Shown here in pieces: positions 46,675 through 58,450 of a DNA stretch of 64,000 nucleotides. The stretch is from the NCBI GenBank assembly GCA_963921275.4, contig OZ001293.3, positions 2,400,001 to 2,464,000 of the forward strand, written 5' to 3'. The position numbers and the translations under genes were made by a program. The first letter of the stretch is position 1. Each line of letters opens with the position of its first letter. The notes under the pieces were generated by a model. It worked only from the letters and a program-made list of their open reading frames with translations. It did no database searches and was not told where the DNA came from. The stretch comes from an uncultured Hormoscilla sp. (lineage in GTDB: Bacteria > Cyanobacteriota > Cyanobacteriia > Cyanobacteriales > Desertifilaceae).

Positions 46675-47580
46675 ATGTTTAAGCGTGCTTTAATCTCTAC
46701 GGATTTATCGGACGGTTTGCATCGGCTAGTAGATTTTGTGCCAGCTCTGGCTGCCAGTGGTTTGCAGCAGATTGTTTTCCTGCATACTGTGCCCCTGTGG
46801 CAGGAGGGGAGAATCCCCAGGGAAGACACGGAAAAAATACAGAGTGCCAAATCGCGCCTATCAATGGCACAAGTTCCTTCCGGAGTTGATGTTAAAGTTG
46901 AGGTCTTCACCTCTAATAAACCCCATGAGGCGATTTTGCAGACCGCCGAAACCTACCAGTCAGATATCATTATCTTGGGTGCTTCTACCCAGAATCTGCT
47001 TAACGAAAAGCTGTTTGGTTCTACCAGTGTGACTGTATCTCAGCAAACGGAAACGCCGTTGATGGTGCTGCGCCCCCGGCTGGTCTCTATCTACACCACC
47101 GAGGAGCTTTCCCTGCGCTGTCAGCATCTGTTCCGCTATTTGATGATTCCTTACGATGGCAGCGACTCAGCTGATTATTTGGTCCAACAGATTAAGCAAT
47201 ACGCCCAAGACCGCCCGTCGGGACTCTCCCATTGTCTGCTTATCTGGGTAGTTGAGGAGGGAGGGATCAGGGAACTGCGCAAGCATGAAGAATTGCAACT
47301 TGCCCACGAAACCCTCGCATCAGTTAAAGCCGATTTGTCACAACTAGACTTGGAGGTAATTGTGGAGGTGCGGCAAGGAGATCCCCTGCCGGAGATTTTT
47401 AATGCGGTTCTCGAACATGATATCGCGGCGATCGCCATCACCTCTTTACGGCACAACAAGTTACTGGACTGGTCAGTTCCCAGCTTTAGTAACCAGCTGC
47501 TGCGTCGCAGTTGGTATCCGATCGTCTTTTTCCCGCCCCCACGCTGCGCGAAAAATCGCGAGGGTCATCATCGTGGTTAG
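46675..47580 (+). CDS. Universal stress protein (tandem USP domains)
   Basis: ALISTDLS, FGSTS, PYDGS. Confidence 0.85.
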   Translation: MFKRALISTDLSDGLHRLVDFVPALAASGLQQIVFLHTVPLWQEGRIPREDTEKIQSAKSRLSMAQVPSGVDVKVEVFTSNKPHEAILQTAETYQSDIIILGASTQNLLNEKLFGSTSVTVSQQTETPLMVLRPRLVSIYTTEELSLRCQHLFRYLMIPYDGSDSADYLVQQIKQYAQDRPSGLSHCLLIWVVEEGGIRELRKHEELQLAHETLASVKADLSQLDLEVIVEVRQGDPLPEIFNAVLEHDIAAIAITSLRHNKLLDWSVPSFSNQLLRRSWYPIVFFPPPRCAKNREGHHRG

Positions 47581-47810
47581 GAATTGCCGCTATCGGAATC
47601 GGAGGAGGAAAAAGAAACTGAATCATCCGATTCCAGTTTAAGTATAATTTGCGGTTGCAGCTTGTCAAGCTCTTGCTTGAGCAGTTCTTTACTCAGGCTA
47701 GGTTGGCTCTCTGGCAACAGCTGCCCATCATCCGACGTCTTCCGCGTGCTCTTGTCCTGAAGGACTCGGCACACTCCAGACACCGCCCCGTGATTGTGCA
47801 ACGCCGAAAT

Positions 47811-47832
47811 TTTTATAGGTCGCAACTTGAGT
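47811..47832. mobile_element. Solo IS982 terminal repeat
   Basis: TTTTATAGGTCGCAACTTGAGT followed by TATCCTA. Confidence 0.65.
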
Positions 47833-47842
47833 TATCCTATAA

Positions 47843-49024
47843 TTATCTGCTTCCACAGCATCCACCTATATGGATTTCCCCCAGCAGCATCTCCCGCATC
47901 GCACCTGTCACCCTGGGAACGTTACCTGCTATACCATTATAGCGCCAGTAGGCCAAGACTGCAAAGGCGATCGCTTCTTTATATTCGGCATTCAAACCTG
48001 CTTCATCTGTTGTTAACACCGGTACTGTCCCCAACTGTTTTTGCAAACGCTGTCGCAGGTAGAGATTGCGGCTACCTCCTCCACACAACAGCACTTCCTC
48101 TGGCATTTGCGGTAAATATTCCCGGTAACTCTGGACTATTGATGCTGCTGTCAGTTCTGTCAGAGTTGCTAGTATATCCTCCTGTTTGACTAGATCATTC
48201 TTTTTCACATCTGTCAAACATTTCTCTAAGAATTGAGCGCCAAATTCCTCCCTGCCAGTTGATTTTGGGGGTGCTTGTTGAAAAAAGCTGTGTCTTAGCC
48301 ACTGGTTTACTAGGGGAGTACAGGGTACGCCCCGTGCTGCCCACGCACCATCAGGATCGTATGTTAGGGCGCCACCTGTGAACTGCTGCACTGCTAGGTC
48401 TATTAGCATATTACCCGGACCTGTATCCCACCCCCAAACTTTTTCCAACTGCGCCACTGGCCCGGCTGGCAAATAGGTGAGGTTGCCAATGCCACCTATA
48501 TTTTGGATACAGCGACTAACTGTGGGATTTCCCAATAAATAGGCATCTACTCGCGGTACTAGTGGGGCTCCCTGTCCGCCTGCGGCCAGGTCGGCCTTTC
48601 GGAAGTTACTCACTGTCGTTATCCCTGTCTGATGGGCGATCGCCTCTCCTCTCCCTAATTGGATACTATAACCCAATTGGCTGCTTGTGCCGGACTGGCG
48701 AGCCGCTGTTTTTCTGGGAGGGCGATGATATATTGTTTGACCGTGGGAACCGAGCAATTCCGCTTTCCCATTCCCTGCTTCCAGGGTTAGGGCTGCGTTC
48801 CCGAATGCTTCTGCGATCGAGTCGTCGAGCGCTGCTAATTCTAGCATAGTCATGGCTGCTCCGCCACCTACTGCCAAAATTTTTGCTTTCAAACCTGCTG
48901 CATATAGATATGTTTGAGCTGCTATCAGTTCAACTCGTATATTTTCTTCCTGACCTGCAATTTCTACCATTGCGGCATCTATTCCATCCACTGACGTGCC
49001 ACTTATCAGTCCTATTACTCGCAT
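47843..49024 (-). CDS. anmK: Anhydro-N-acetylmuramic acid kinase
   Basis: [43 protein letters not shown]. Confidence 0.95.
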   Translation of the reverse strand: MRVIGLISGTSVDGIDAAMVEIAGQEENIRVELIAAQTYLYAAGLKAKILAVGGGAAMTMLELAALDDSIAEAFGNAALTLEAGNGKAELLGSHGQTIYHRPPRKTAARQSGTSSQLGYSIQLGRGEAIAHQTGITTVSNFRKADLAAGGQGAPLVPRVDAYLLGNPTVSRCIQNIGGIGNLTYLPAGPVAQLEKVWGWDTGPGNMLIDLAVQQFTGGALTYDPDGAWAARGVPCTPLVNQWLRHSFFQQAPPKSTGREEFGAQFLEKCLTDVKKNDLVKQEDILATLTELTAASIVQSYREYLPQMPEEVLLCGGGSRNLYLRQRLQKQLGTVPVLTTDEAGLNAEYKEAIAFAVLAYWRYNGIAGNVPRVTGAMREMLLGEIHIGGCCGSR

Positions 49025-49060
49025 TATTCCCCAACTCTCAGCTTCCGTTCCTTAGAAAAT

Positions 49061-49771
49061 TCAATAATAACTCGATCCACTTGGCAATCTCTTAATGTCC
49101 TTATTGGCCCCTATTAACACCATTTTAGCACCTTTTCGGAGTTTTGTATTTCCCGTGGTATTTATTTCTAATTTTTGGTTTTCACTTAAGGCAATCAAAT
49201 TGAGACCATAACTGCTTTTCAGTTCTATTTCTGCTAGGGTCTTACCCTCAAATTATGCTGGCACCAATACTTCCACTATGCTATAATCTGTATCTAGTTC
49301 CAAACCTTCTAAAATATTTGGTTGCGTGAGGGATCTGGCTATTTCGCAACCCATTTCATGTTCCGGGAAAAATACCAAATTAGCTCCTACTTTTTTGAGC
49401 AGTTTTTCATGAATCTTTGAAGATGCTTTTGCTATCACGTAATTCACTCCTTTTTCCTTCAAATTCAACACCGTGATGACACTTTCTTCAAGATAATTGC
49501 CTATTGCTACGATCGCGGTATCAAATTCAAAAATTACTGCCTGCTTCAGGGCCAAAGGATCGGTTGAGTCTAATTCTAGCACGTGAGTCGCGATCTCGTC
49601 GTTTGCTGCTTTATCCACGCACTTATCATTCGAGTCAACCCCCATTACCTCATATCCCATGCCATACAATGTAGCACAGACTGCTCGACCAAACCTGCCC
49701 AAACCAATGACTGCAAACTGCATACTTTCTCGGCGCCGACTGCGGAATAAACTCATAGATGATAAATCCAC
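49061..49771 (-). pseudogene. ktrA: TrkA/KtrA K+ uptake NAD-binding subunit with internal stop at 49253
   Basis: IGLGRFG; the TrkA-C frame continues past the stop (FEGKTLAEIELKSSYGLNLIAL). Confidence 0.8.
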
Positions 49772-49798
49772 TGTCTCACCCCTTTTCTATCTTCATAC

Positions 49799-51147
49799 TT
49801 AACCGATTAATAAATTTTCCTCTGGGTACCGGACGATCTGAGGTTTTGTGTTTCCCCGAAATACCGCCATCAGCAGCAACACCCCTACTCTCCCCACATA
49901 CATTGTTCCGATCAATACCAGTTTAGCACCGAGGGGCGCACTTGCTGTAATCCCTGTAGATAGGCCCGTAGTCTCAAAGGCGGACACTACTTCAAAAAAG
50001 CTATCTATGAAATTGAAGCCTTGCTCTATTGCTGTTAGGGTAAATAAAGTGGTGGCCAAAATTACCACTAACATAGATCCTACCACGACGCCAACGGCTT
50101 TCAGAATTAATGTCGTGGGAATCTGTCGTTTATAGCATATCACTTCTTCCTCTCCTTTGAGTGCTGCTCTGGTACAACTGACCAATATTCTGGATGTGGT
50201 GGTTTTAATCCCCCCACCAGTGCTGCCCGGACTCGCCCCGATCGACATCAGGGCTATGGTAATAAATAACGACGTGATCGTCATCTTGCCCATGTCGATC
50301 GTGTTGAACCCTGCAGTCCGACTGGTGACCGATTGAAACCACGCTGCCATGAGTTTTTCTCCTAAGTTTAGCTCGCCTAGGGTTTCGGGATTGTTAAATT
50401 CTGTTTGGAAAAATGCGATCGCCCCCAATACCAATAGAAATATCGTGGTACTGGTGACCATTTTGAAATGCAAGGAAAAACAACTGCTTCTACGGCGACT
50501 GCGGTCTTGACACCATTGATATAGTTCCATTATCGCTTGATATCCCAAACCGCCAAAGATAATTAATAAAGTTATTACCAGGTTCAAAATTGGCGCACTC
50601 ACATATCCGACCAGACTATCGCTAAATAGACTAAAACCCGCATTATTGAAGGCACTTATGCTATGAAATATTGATAGCCACAGTCCCGGTATAAATCCAT
50701 AATCTGGTACGAATACTAGCAGCAAACCAAATACTCCAGTCAGCTCAAAAATTAACGTAACGGCAATAATAGATTTGACTAGCTGGCCGACTCCCGCTAT
50801 TCCTTCTACATCCAGGGATTGTTGTAGGGCTACCTTATCTCGCAAGCCTAATTTTCGCCCTAGCAGCAGCAAGAGAAATGTGTTCGCAGTCATGTACCCC
50901 AAGCCGCCAAATTGAAACAGGATGCAAATAAACAGTTGCCCCAAAAAAAGTAATATTGGCTGACATCCACTATGGATAAGCCGGTGACGCATACAGATGA
51001 TGTAGCGGTAAATAATGCTTTAATTAGGTAATCTAAGGGGCCCGCGATCGCCGCATCCGGATTAATAACAAATGGCATCATTAACAGACCGGTACTTAAG
51101 GCGATCGCCCCCAGTAAACTTAAGCAAATAGTTCTCGAAACCGTCAT
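49799..51147 (-). pseudogene. ktrB: TrkH/KtrB K+ uptake membrane subunit, frameshift near 50945
   Basis: FTATSSVCVTGL in one frame; SAFNNAGF, SRTAGF, GSTGGGIK in another. Confidence 0.8.
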
Positions 51148-51314
51148 TTTTTAGTTGCTAATTGCTATTTTTTAGTTGTTATTTTTTAATTGTAGGTTGA
51201 CTGCTGACAATCTCTGACTTCTGAAAGGGCTAAAGCCCAACAACGAACAACTACTCACTACCCACCGCTGACACGATCGCATTTTATTAAATCATAAACT
51301 ATTGACAAAGAACC

Positions 51315-51462
51315 ATGAATCAGACAAGTTCTGAAGAAATTAAGGAATTTTACGATGCTTCCTCTGGTCTGTAAGAGCGGGTTTGGGGAGAACCTATGCA
51401 CCACGGCTACTATAGCGAAAGCGGTCGGGAAAGAAAGGACCGGCGTCAGGCCCAAATCGAGA
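51315..51462 (+). pseudogene. N-terminal relic of a gamma-tocopherol methyltransferase-like gene
   Basis: Manual translation IKEFYDASSGL*ERVWGEPMHHGYY...KDRRQAQIE. Confidence 0.65.
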
Positions 51463-51516
51463 GCCCCATTCTGCCCGGCATTCCTGGACTGAGCAGAGGT
51501 CTCCGCTATGGAGATA

Positions 51517-52131
51517 TCAAGCAACGATCGCCACCGTGTTACTGGGAATGGCCATTCCTGCTTGGTTGAAGGCAATGACACGATACTTTAAGGTTTTCTC
51601 CTGCTCTTGCCGGAGTAATATAATCGAGGTCGAGGTCGATGTGGCCACCGTATTCCAAATGTCGAATTCCGGATCTAACTTCTCTACCTGATAACCTGCC
51701 ACTTTTCCGCCATCGGACCGGGATGACCGCTGCCATCTTAACTCGATCGTACCAGGATATAGGCGCACGGCTTGTAATGAACGCGCTGCCCCGGGAATTT
51801 ATAGGGGAGTTGGGGCGGAACGTCCAGCCCAACCCAGCAGCTTCAGCTTCTCAGAGGATAATTGTGTAACAGCCTCGGCATAACGCAGGTTCTGCTTCAT
51901 GATCGCAACCAACTTTTTCAGCATATCCTCTTTTTTTTTAAGCGCCTCCTCTACTACGCTCCTGGCAGTAGATAACTCTTGCTGGCTGTTCTTAAATTCC
52001 CCCAGGATAGTTTCCATCTCGTTGGGGGGGACTATCGGTGTTGGATAGATCTCGCTGTGGGCGGTGAACCCTCGAATCATGCTTTCTGCTAAAGCTGTGA
52101 TATTTGCCTCTGAAACGGGAAATCTTGCCAT
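51517..52131 (-). pseudogene. Fibronectin type III domain protein, frameshifted near 51800
   Basis: MARFP...YAE, then ELRW..DGGKVAGYQV..YRVIAFNQAG..PSNTV. Confidence 0.7.
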
Positions 52132-52289
52132 TTTGGCCTCCTGTTTTCTTTATCTCTAGTCTTGTAGAATACACAAAAAATGAAAAATCTGCTCTGCCGA
52201 CAGGATCTGATCGTGATTTCAGAAGCCATTGACAGCCAGCTTCTAACCATGCTAGTCGATCCACGGACCACAAAGGGAGCAGGGAGAGG

Positions 52290-52532
52290 TTGGTGCTTAT
52301 TGGTTGAGTGGTTATCCGCCTTAGCGATAACCGGTCTAGGCTACCAGTCATGGCGCCTTTCCTACCCGCTTCACGTATTGATGCCATCGCTACCATGGGG
52401 TAGGTGCTGTCACGAGAGCAGAGTCGGGGTGGAATTTCACCACCATCATCTAAAAGTTATCAGGGCTAATAGTACCCTGCTAGCGGTCCCCCGCCGACTT
52501 ATCACCGGTGGTTTACACTAAACTCATCGCAC
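52290..52532 (-). mobile_element. 5' fragment of a group II intron related to the outer intron at 6679
   Basis: Reverse complement starts GTGCGATGAGTTTAGTGTAAAC and shares GGTAGCGATGGCATCAAT..GTGAAGCGGG.AGGAAAGGCGC; no domain V. Confidence 0.75.
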
Positions 52533-52758
52533 ACCCACATAGTATATCATAACTCTGGCCAAGGCAGGTTAAGAGTTGGGGGTGAAGACCTAGAATAAAT
52601 CCATTCCGAGGAGGGTAGTTCAGGCCACAAGAGGTTAGAAATATTGAGTAATCTTGCTCAAATATGTGAAATTGACTTATTCTTGGCAAAAGTAAGCTTA
52701 ATATGAGAGGGAATTGACCTATTCGCGCCAATAATCTGCTAATTTTTGGCTATAATAG

Positions 52759-53795
52759 CTATAATAATAGGTCAGAATAGCGCTCTTATAGGTCACAATG
52801 AGCTATAATAGGTCAGAATAGATATATTCTCGGTCAGAATATACTTATTTCGGTCGGAATAGCGCTATAATAGGTCGGAATGGATGGGGTCGAGCCGGGA
52901 ATCGCTTCCCGACCCTCCCTTGAGGAACCGGACTTGCGATTTTCACCGCATCCGGCTACTGGGTACTAGGCCCTTTTCATAGGTAGACTTAATAGGAATT
53001 ACTTCCGTTAGCCCTTGCCGCCTGTCTTTTCTTCCCTTTCCTGGTTTAGCGAGTGGTTGTTCTGATAACCGTTAGTATCACCATTTTCAAGTCAGTTTTA
53101 CCAGTTATCCATACCTTATCCTCCACTTGCGTTTCGGATTAGTTCCGTGGCTTTTTAGGATTACTCATTCCAGCAGCTTCCTAGTATCACCGACCCACGT
53201 CAGCGCTGGCTACCCAGCATCATCTACATTACTGTAGATGTTATCCCAGGAATTACCCCGGGCATTCGCTTCTTGGGCCATCCCTCCCCCCGTGGCTTGC
53301 GCTTAACATCTAACTTGTCCTGATGGACAGCACACGAGAGGTTACTTCGTTCCCTAACAACATTTCGCGATACCTTTAGGTCCACACTATACCCCGGGAG
53401 CTATTTGAGTACTATATTAGCCAGAGTCTAAAACTAATACTAGCTACCATTTCCTTTTTAGGCCAGCGCATATAGCCTTATTTCGCTGGTTCCTTATAAC
53501 GAGGCTTGCACATGTTTGCCTGCTCTAACCTTGGATATCTTTTTTAGCGGCGTCACCGGCTTAGGCTGCCAGTTATCCTACATTTGAGTCCTCGCTTAGC
53601 ACCACGATAATGTCGCTTCGTAGCACCGAGGACCGGTGTCACCCCCGTATTTGGGGGGAGGGGAATTTAACCCCCATGCGGTCAGAGTTCCCGGCTAATG
53701 AAACCGGGCTAGCGTTCCGTGTTTGACCACGTTAGGCTAGAACGAATCGCACAGACTTATTATAGGTCAGAATAGCGCTCTTCTGGATCAGAATC
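52759..53795. repeat. Degenerate 20-21-bp tandem array (GGTCAGAATAGCGCTATAATA-like) split by intron copy A
   Basis: Units at 52780-52881 and 53753-53795. Confidence 0.7.
52882..53752 (-). ncRNA. ORF-less group II intron (copy A)
   Basis: GTGCG 5' end at 53752; domain V AGCCGGATGCGGTGAAAATCGCAAGTCCGGTT; ends ...GACCCCAT(CC). Confidence 0.9.
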
Positions 53796-53900
53796 GATTT
53801 ATTCAAAGTCTTCACCCCCAACCCCTAACTTTCCACCAAGCCGTGTATCCTAGGTAAAGAAGACCAACCCCTAAAAAATCTATCCCTTACAGAAGATATT

Positions 53901-54290
53901 ATGGCTACATTTAACGTAGATACACCAGCAGAACTATCCGATGCCATTACCAATTCCGCGAATAACGGTCAGGCAGATACCATTAACATCACGGGAGATA
54001 TTACCCTGACCGGGTTGCTACCCCTTATTGAAGAAGACGTCCAACTCACGATAAATGGGAACGACAACACCATTGATGGCAACGACCAATACCGGCTGTT
54101 TTTTGTCAGAAGCGGTACAGTCAATTTCAATGACCTGACCAATTTGGAGTCTCTCCGGCTGGACGGCAACCAACTGACTGGCAGCATCCCGACGGAGTTA
54201 GGGAACACCCTCATTGGTGGCTCGAGAAAGGATCACCTCTATGGTGCCCTGTTTGTCTTTAACGGGACCGTCAGAATGACAAACTCTCAG
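53901..54290 (+). pseudogene. Mosaic surface-protein remnant including one orphan LRR unit
   Basis: MATFNV...IDGNDQYRLFFVRSG, then NLESLRLDGNQLTGSIPTELGN, then a GGSRKD RTX-like piece. Confidence 0.6.
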
Positions 54291-54291
54291 T

Positions 54292-54404
54292 ATAGCATAA
54301 AAAATAATTTTATGTATCAGAGACGAAAAAAACCTAAATATCCGTAAAGTCTAAGTAGGTAATCCATATTTGTTAAGATTTTTTAAATAGGTCGCAACTT
54401 GAGT
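54292..54404. mobile_element. Divergent IS982 end remnant
   Basis: Similar to 59360-59462; ends GGTCGCAACTTGAGT + TATGATA. Confidence 0.65.
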
Positions 54405-54748
54405 TATGATAGACCTAGGTGCGACTCGTTCCGGCGTAAGTCAGAAATATGACGATAGTCGGGCTAGTATTACACCAGCACCTCTACAGAAAAATACAAG
54501 AGAAACCAAAAAATGAAGCATAATACCAATGCCAACACCATGGTAGTAGTGGATGCCTCCCTAGAAAACTACCAGCAGCTTATAGACGGCATCCGGCCTG
54601 GGGCCAAATCTTTCCTCTTAGACCTTCGGTCCGATGGCATCAAACAGATCGGCGAACTTCTCCGACAGCATCAAGAAACAGAGGTTCTGCACCTACTTTC
54701 CCACGGCAGCCCTGGCTGTCTGTATCTGGAAAACTCCCAACTGAGTTT

Positions 54749-55619
54749 GGATGGGGTCGAGCCGGGAATCGCTTCCCGACCCTCCCTTGAGGAACCGGAC
54801 TTGCGATTTTCACCGCATCCGGCTACTGGGTACTAGGCCCTTTTCATAGGTAGACTTAATAGGAATTACTTCCGTTAGCCCTTGCCGCCTGTCTTTTCTT
54901 CCCTTTCCTGGTTTAGCGAGTGGTTGTTCTGATAACCGTTAGTATCACCATTTTCAAGTCAGTTTTACCAGTTATCCATACCTTATCCTCCACTTGCGTT
55001 TCGGATTAGTTCCGTGGCTTTTTAGGATTACTCATTCCAGCAGCTTCCTAGTATCACCGACCCACGTCAGCGCTGGCTACCCAGCATCATCTACATTACT
55101 GTAGATGTTATCCCAGGAATTACCCCGGGCATTCGCTTCTTGGGCCATCCCTCCCCCCGTGGCTTGCGCTTAACATCTAACTTGTCCTGATGGACAGCAC
55201 ACGAGAGGTTACTTCGTTCCCTAACAACATTTCGCGATACCTTTAGGTCCACACTATACCCCGGGAGCTATTTGAGTACTATATTAGCCAGAGTCTAAAA
55301 CTAATACTAGCTACCATTTCCTTTTTAGGCCAGCGCATATAGCCTTATTTCGCTGGTTCCTTATAACGAGGCTTGCACATGTTTGCCTGCTCTAACCTTG
55401 GATATCTTTCCTAGCGGCGTCACCGGCTTAGGCTGCCAGTTATCCTACATTTGAGTCCTCGCTTAGCACCACGATGATGTCGCTTCGTAGCACCGAGGAC
55501 CGGTGTCACCCCCGTACCTGGGGGGAGGGGAATTTAACCCCCATGCGGTCAGAGTTCCCGGCTAATGAAACCGGGCTAGCGTTCCGTGTTTGACCACGTT
55601 AGGCTAGAACGAATCGCAC
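54749..55619 (-). ncRNA. ORF-less group II intron (copy B)
   Basis: Near identical to 52882-53752; 871 nt including the terminal CC. Confidence 0.9.
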
Positions 55620-56056
55620 AGATCCTCTAGGAGATTACGCCTCTACCCTGCAGAAGTGGAAGGTAAAACAACTCCTACTCTACGGCTGTAACGTCGCCGC
55701 CGGAGATGCAGGAGAGGAGTTGATGACTAAGCTACAGGCCCTGACCGGGGCATCCCTCGCCGCCTCTACTACCCCGGACAGGGGCAGCAGCCCGGGGCGG
55801 AAATTGGAAGTTGGAGTGGCGAACTCCGGGGATGAAAACTCCCTTAGCATTGTCCGCAGAAGCTCAGATGGCCTATGGGGGCATATTGATCTCCCAGCAG
55901 GAGTATCAGGCCTTAAGGGCTCTCTATCAAAGCACCAATGGAACTTCTTGGAGTAACAATACAGGCTGGCGGGACTGGAATTTCAACAGCGCAATTCCCC
56001 CCGAAGCTTCTGTTGTTAATGGTTGGCGTGGGGTGACGGTAGCTAGCAACAGGGTG

Positions 56057-56822
56057 ATAAGGCTCACCCTAAACTCCAACCAACTGACTGGCAGCATCCC
56101 GACTGAGTTAGGGAATCTTTCCAATTTGGATGATCTCTTGCTGTCCTTCAACCAACTGACTGGCAGCATCCCGACTGAGTTAGAAAATCTTTCCAATTTG
56201 ATTCGTCTCTTGCTGCACTCCAACCAACTGACTGGCAGCATCCCGACGGGGTTAGGGAATCTTTCCAATTTGGAGGATCTCTGGCTGTACTCCAACCAAC
56301 TGACTGGCAGCATCCCGACGGAGTTAGGGAATCTTTCCAATTTGGAGGATCTCTGGCTGTACTCCAACCAACTGACTGGCAGCATCCCGACGGAGTTAGG
56401 GAATCTTTCCAATTTGATTCGTCTCTTGCTGCACTCCAACCAACTGACTGGCAGCATCCCGACGGAGTTAGGGAATCTTTCCAATTTGATTCGTCTCTTG
56501 CTGCACTCCAACCAACTGACTGGCAGCATCCCGACTGAGTTAGGGAATCTTTCCAATTTGGAGGATCTCCAGCTGTTCTCCAACCAACTGACTGGCAGCA
56601 TCCCGACGGAGTTAGGGAATCTTTCCAATTTGCTATCTCTCTTTCTGGAAGAGAACCAACTGACTGGCAGCATCCCGACTGAGTTAGGGAATCTTTCCAG
56701 GTTGCGATTTCTCCGGCTGTACTCCAACCAACTGACTGGCAGCATCCCGACTGAGTTAGGGAATCTTTCCAATTTGGAGTTTCTCCAGCTGTCCGACAAC
56801 CAACTGACTGGCAGCATCCCCC
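56057..56822 (+). repeat. 11 x 72-bp plant-type LRR units
   Basis: Constant NQLTGSIPTELGNLSNL with a variable 7-aa strand. Confidence 0.92.
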
Positions 56823-58450
56823 AAGAGGTTCTAGATTTGAGGGTCTTAAAGCGATTGGAAAACCCCCCTTATGTTTTAACCGAGATTCCCGACGTCCAAC
56901 TCTTGCTAGGTAATAACCTCAACATAGACATTAGCGCAAATTTCGGCGACATCAATAACAACATCGACAATTACACAGCTACCGGTTTACCAGGGGGCGT
57001 AACGATCAACAGTCGGGGAGTTATCAGCGGTACCCCTACTACCGCAGACACCTTTACCGTGACGGTAGCCGCCATCGACGGAGCGAGAAATCGAGGGACA
57101 GATACCTTTGACATTGTTATAGAGAACTCCCCTCCTACCGATCTAGAACTCAGCAACAGCAGCATTGATTCTAACTCTCCATTGGGTGCAGTCGTAGGGA
57201 CTTTCTCTACTACCGACCCCAACGAGGGAGATAGCTTTACCTACATGCTTGTCTCCGGCAACAATGCCTTTACTATAGTAGGGGACCAACTGCTAACTAA
57301 CAGTTCTTTGGACTTTGAGACTCAGTCCAGTTACAGCATCCGCGTCCAGACTACTGATGCTGGTGGGCTTAGTTACTCGGAGGCTTTTACTATTAATGTC
57401 AACAATGTCAACTCCTCTCCTACCGACCTAGTCCTTAGCAGCAGCAGCATTGATTCTAACTCCCCTGATAATGCAGTCGTAGGGACTTTCTCAACTACCG
57501 ATCCTGACTCTTCCGATACCTTTACCTACCAGTTAGTCGGAGGCGCTAGTGCCGATGATAACGACGCCTTCACCATAGAAGGGAACTCACTGCAAATTAA
57601 CAGTTCCCCTGACTTTGAGAGAAAATCGAGTTACAGCATCGGCGTCCAGACTACTGACTCTACTGGGAACAGTTACTCAGAAGCCTTGACTATTAGCGTC
57701 AACGATGTCGGCGAGTCTCCTACCGACCTAGTCCTTAGCAGCAGCAGCATTGATTCTAACTCTCCATTGGGTGCAGTTGTGGGGACTTTGTCTACTACTG
57801 ACCCCGACGAGGGAGATAGCTTTACCTACATGCTTGGATCGGGCAACAATGCCTTTACTATAGTAGGGGACCAACTGCTAACTAACAGTTCTTTGGACTT
57901 TGAGACTCAGTCCAGTTACAGCCTCCGCGTCCAGACTACTGACTCTGCTAGTAATAGTTTTGAGGAGGTCTTGACTATTAATGTCAACGATGTCGGCGAG
58001 TCTCCTACCGACCTAGTCCTTAGCAGCAGCAGCATTGATTCTAACTCCCCTGATAATGCAGTCGTAGGGACTTTCTCAACTACCGATCCTGACTCTTCCG
58101 ATACCTTTACCTACCAGTTAGTCGGAGGCGCTAGTGCCGATGATAACGACGCCTTCACCATAGAAGGGAACTCACTGCAAATTAACAGTTCCCCTGACTT
58201 TGAGAGAAAATCGAGTTACAGCATCGGCGTCCAGACTACTGACTCTACTGGGAACAGTTACTCAGAAGCCTTGACTATTAGCGTCAACGATGTCGGCGAG
58301 TCTCCTACCGACCTAGTCCTTAGCAGCAGCAGCATTGATTCTAACTCTCCATTGGGTGCAGTTGTGGGGACTTTGTCTACTACTGACCCCGACGAGGGAG
58401 ATAGCTTTACCTACATGCTTGGATCGGGCAACAATGCCTTTACTATAGTA

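Noticed and set aside
56057..56822. Constant/variable 72-bp alternation as CRISPR or a DGR target
   Set aside because: It is an in-frame LRR coding array; variation is not adenine-restricted and no template repeat is seen
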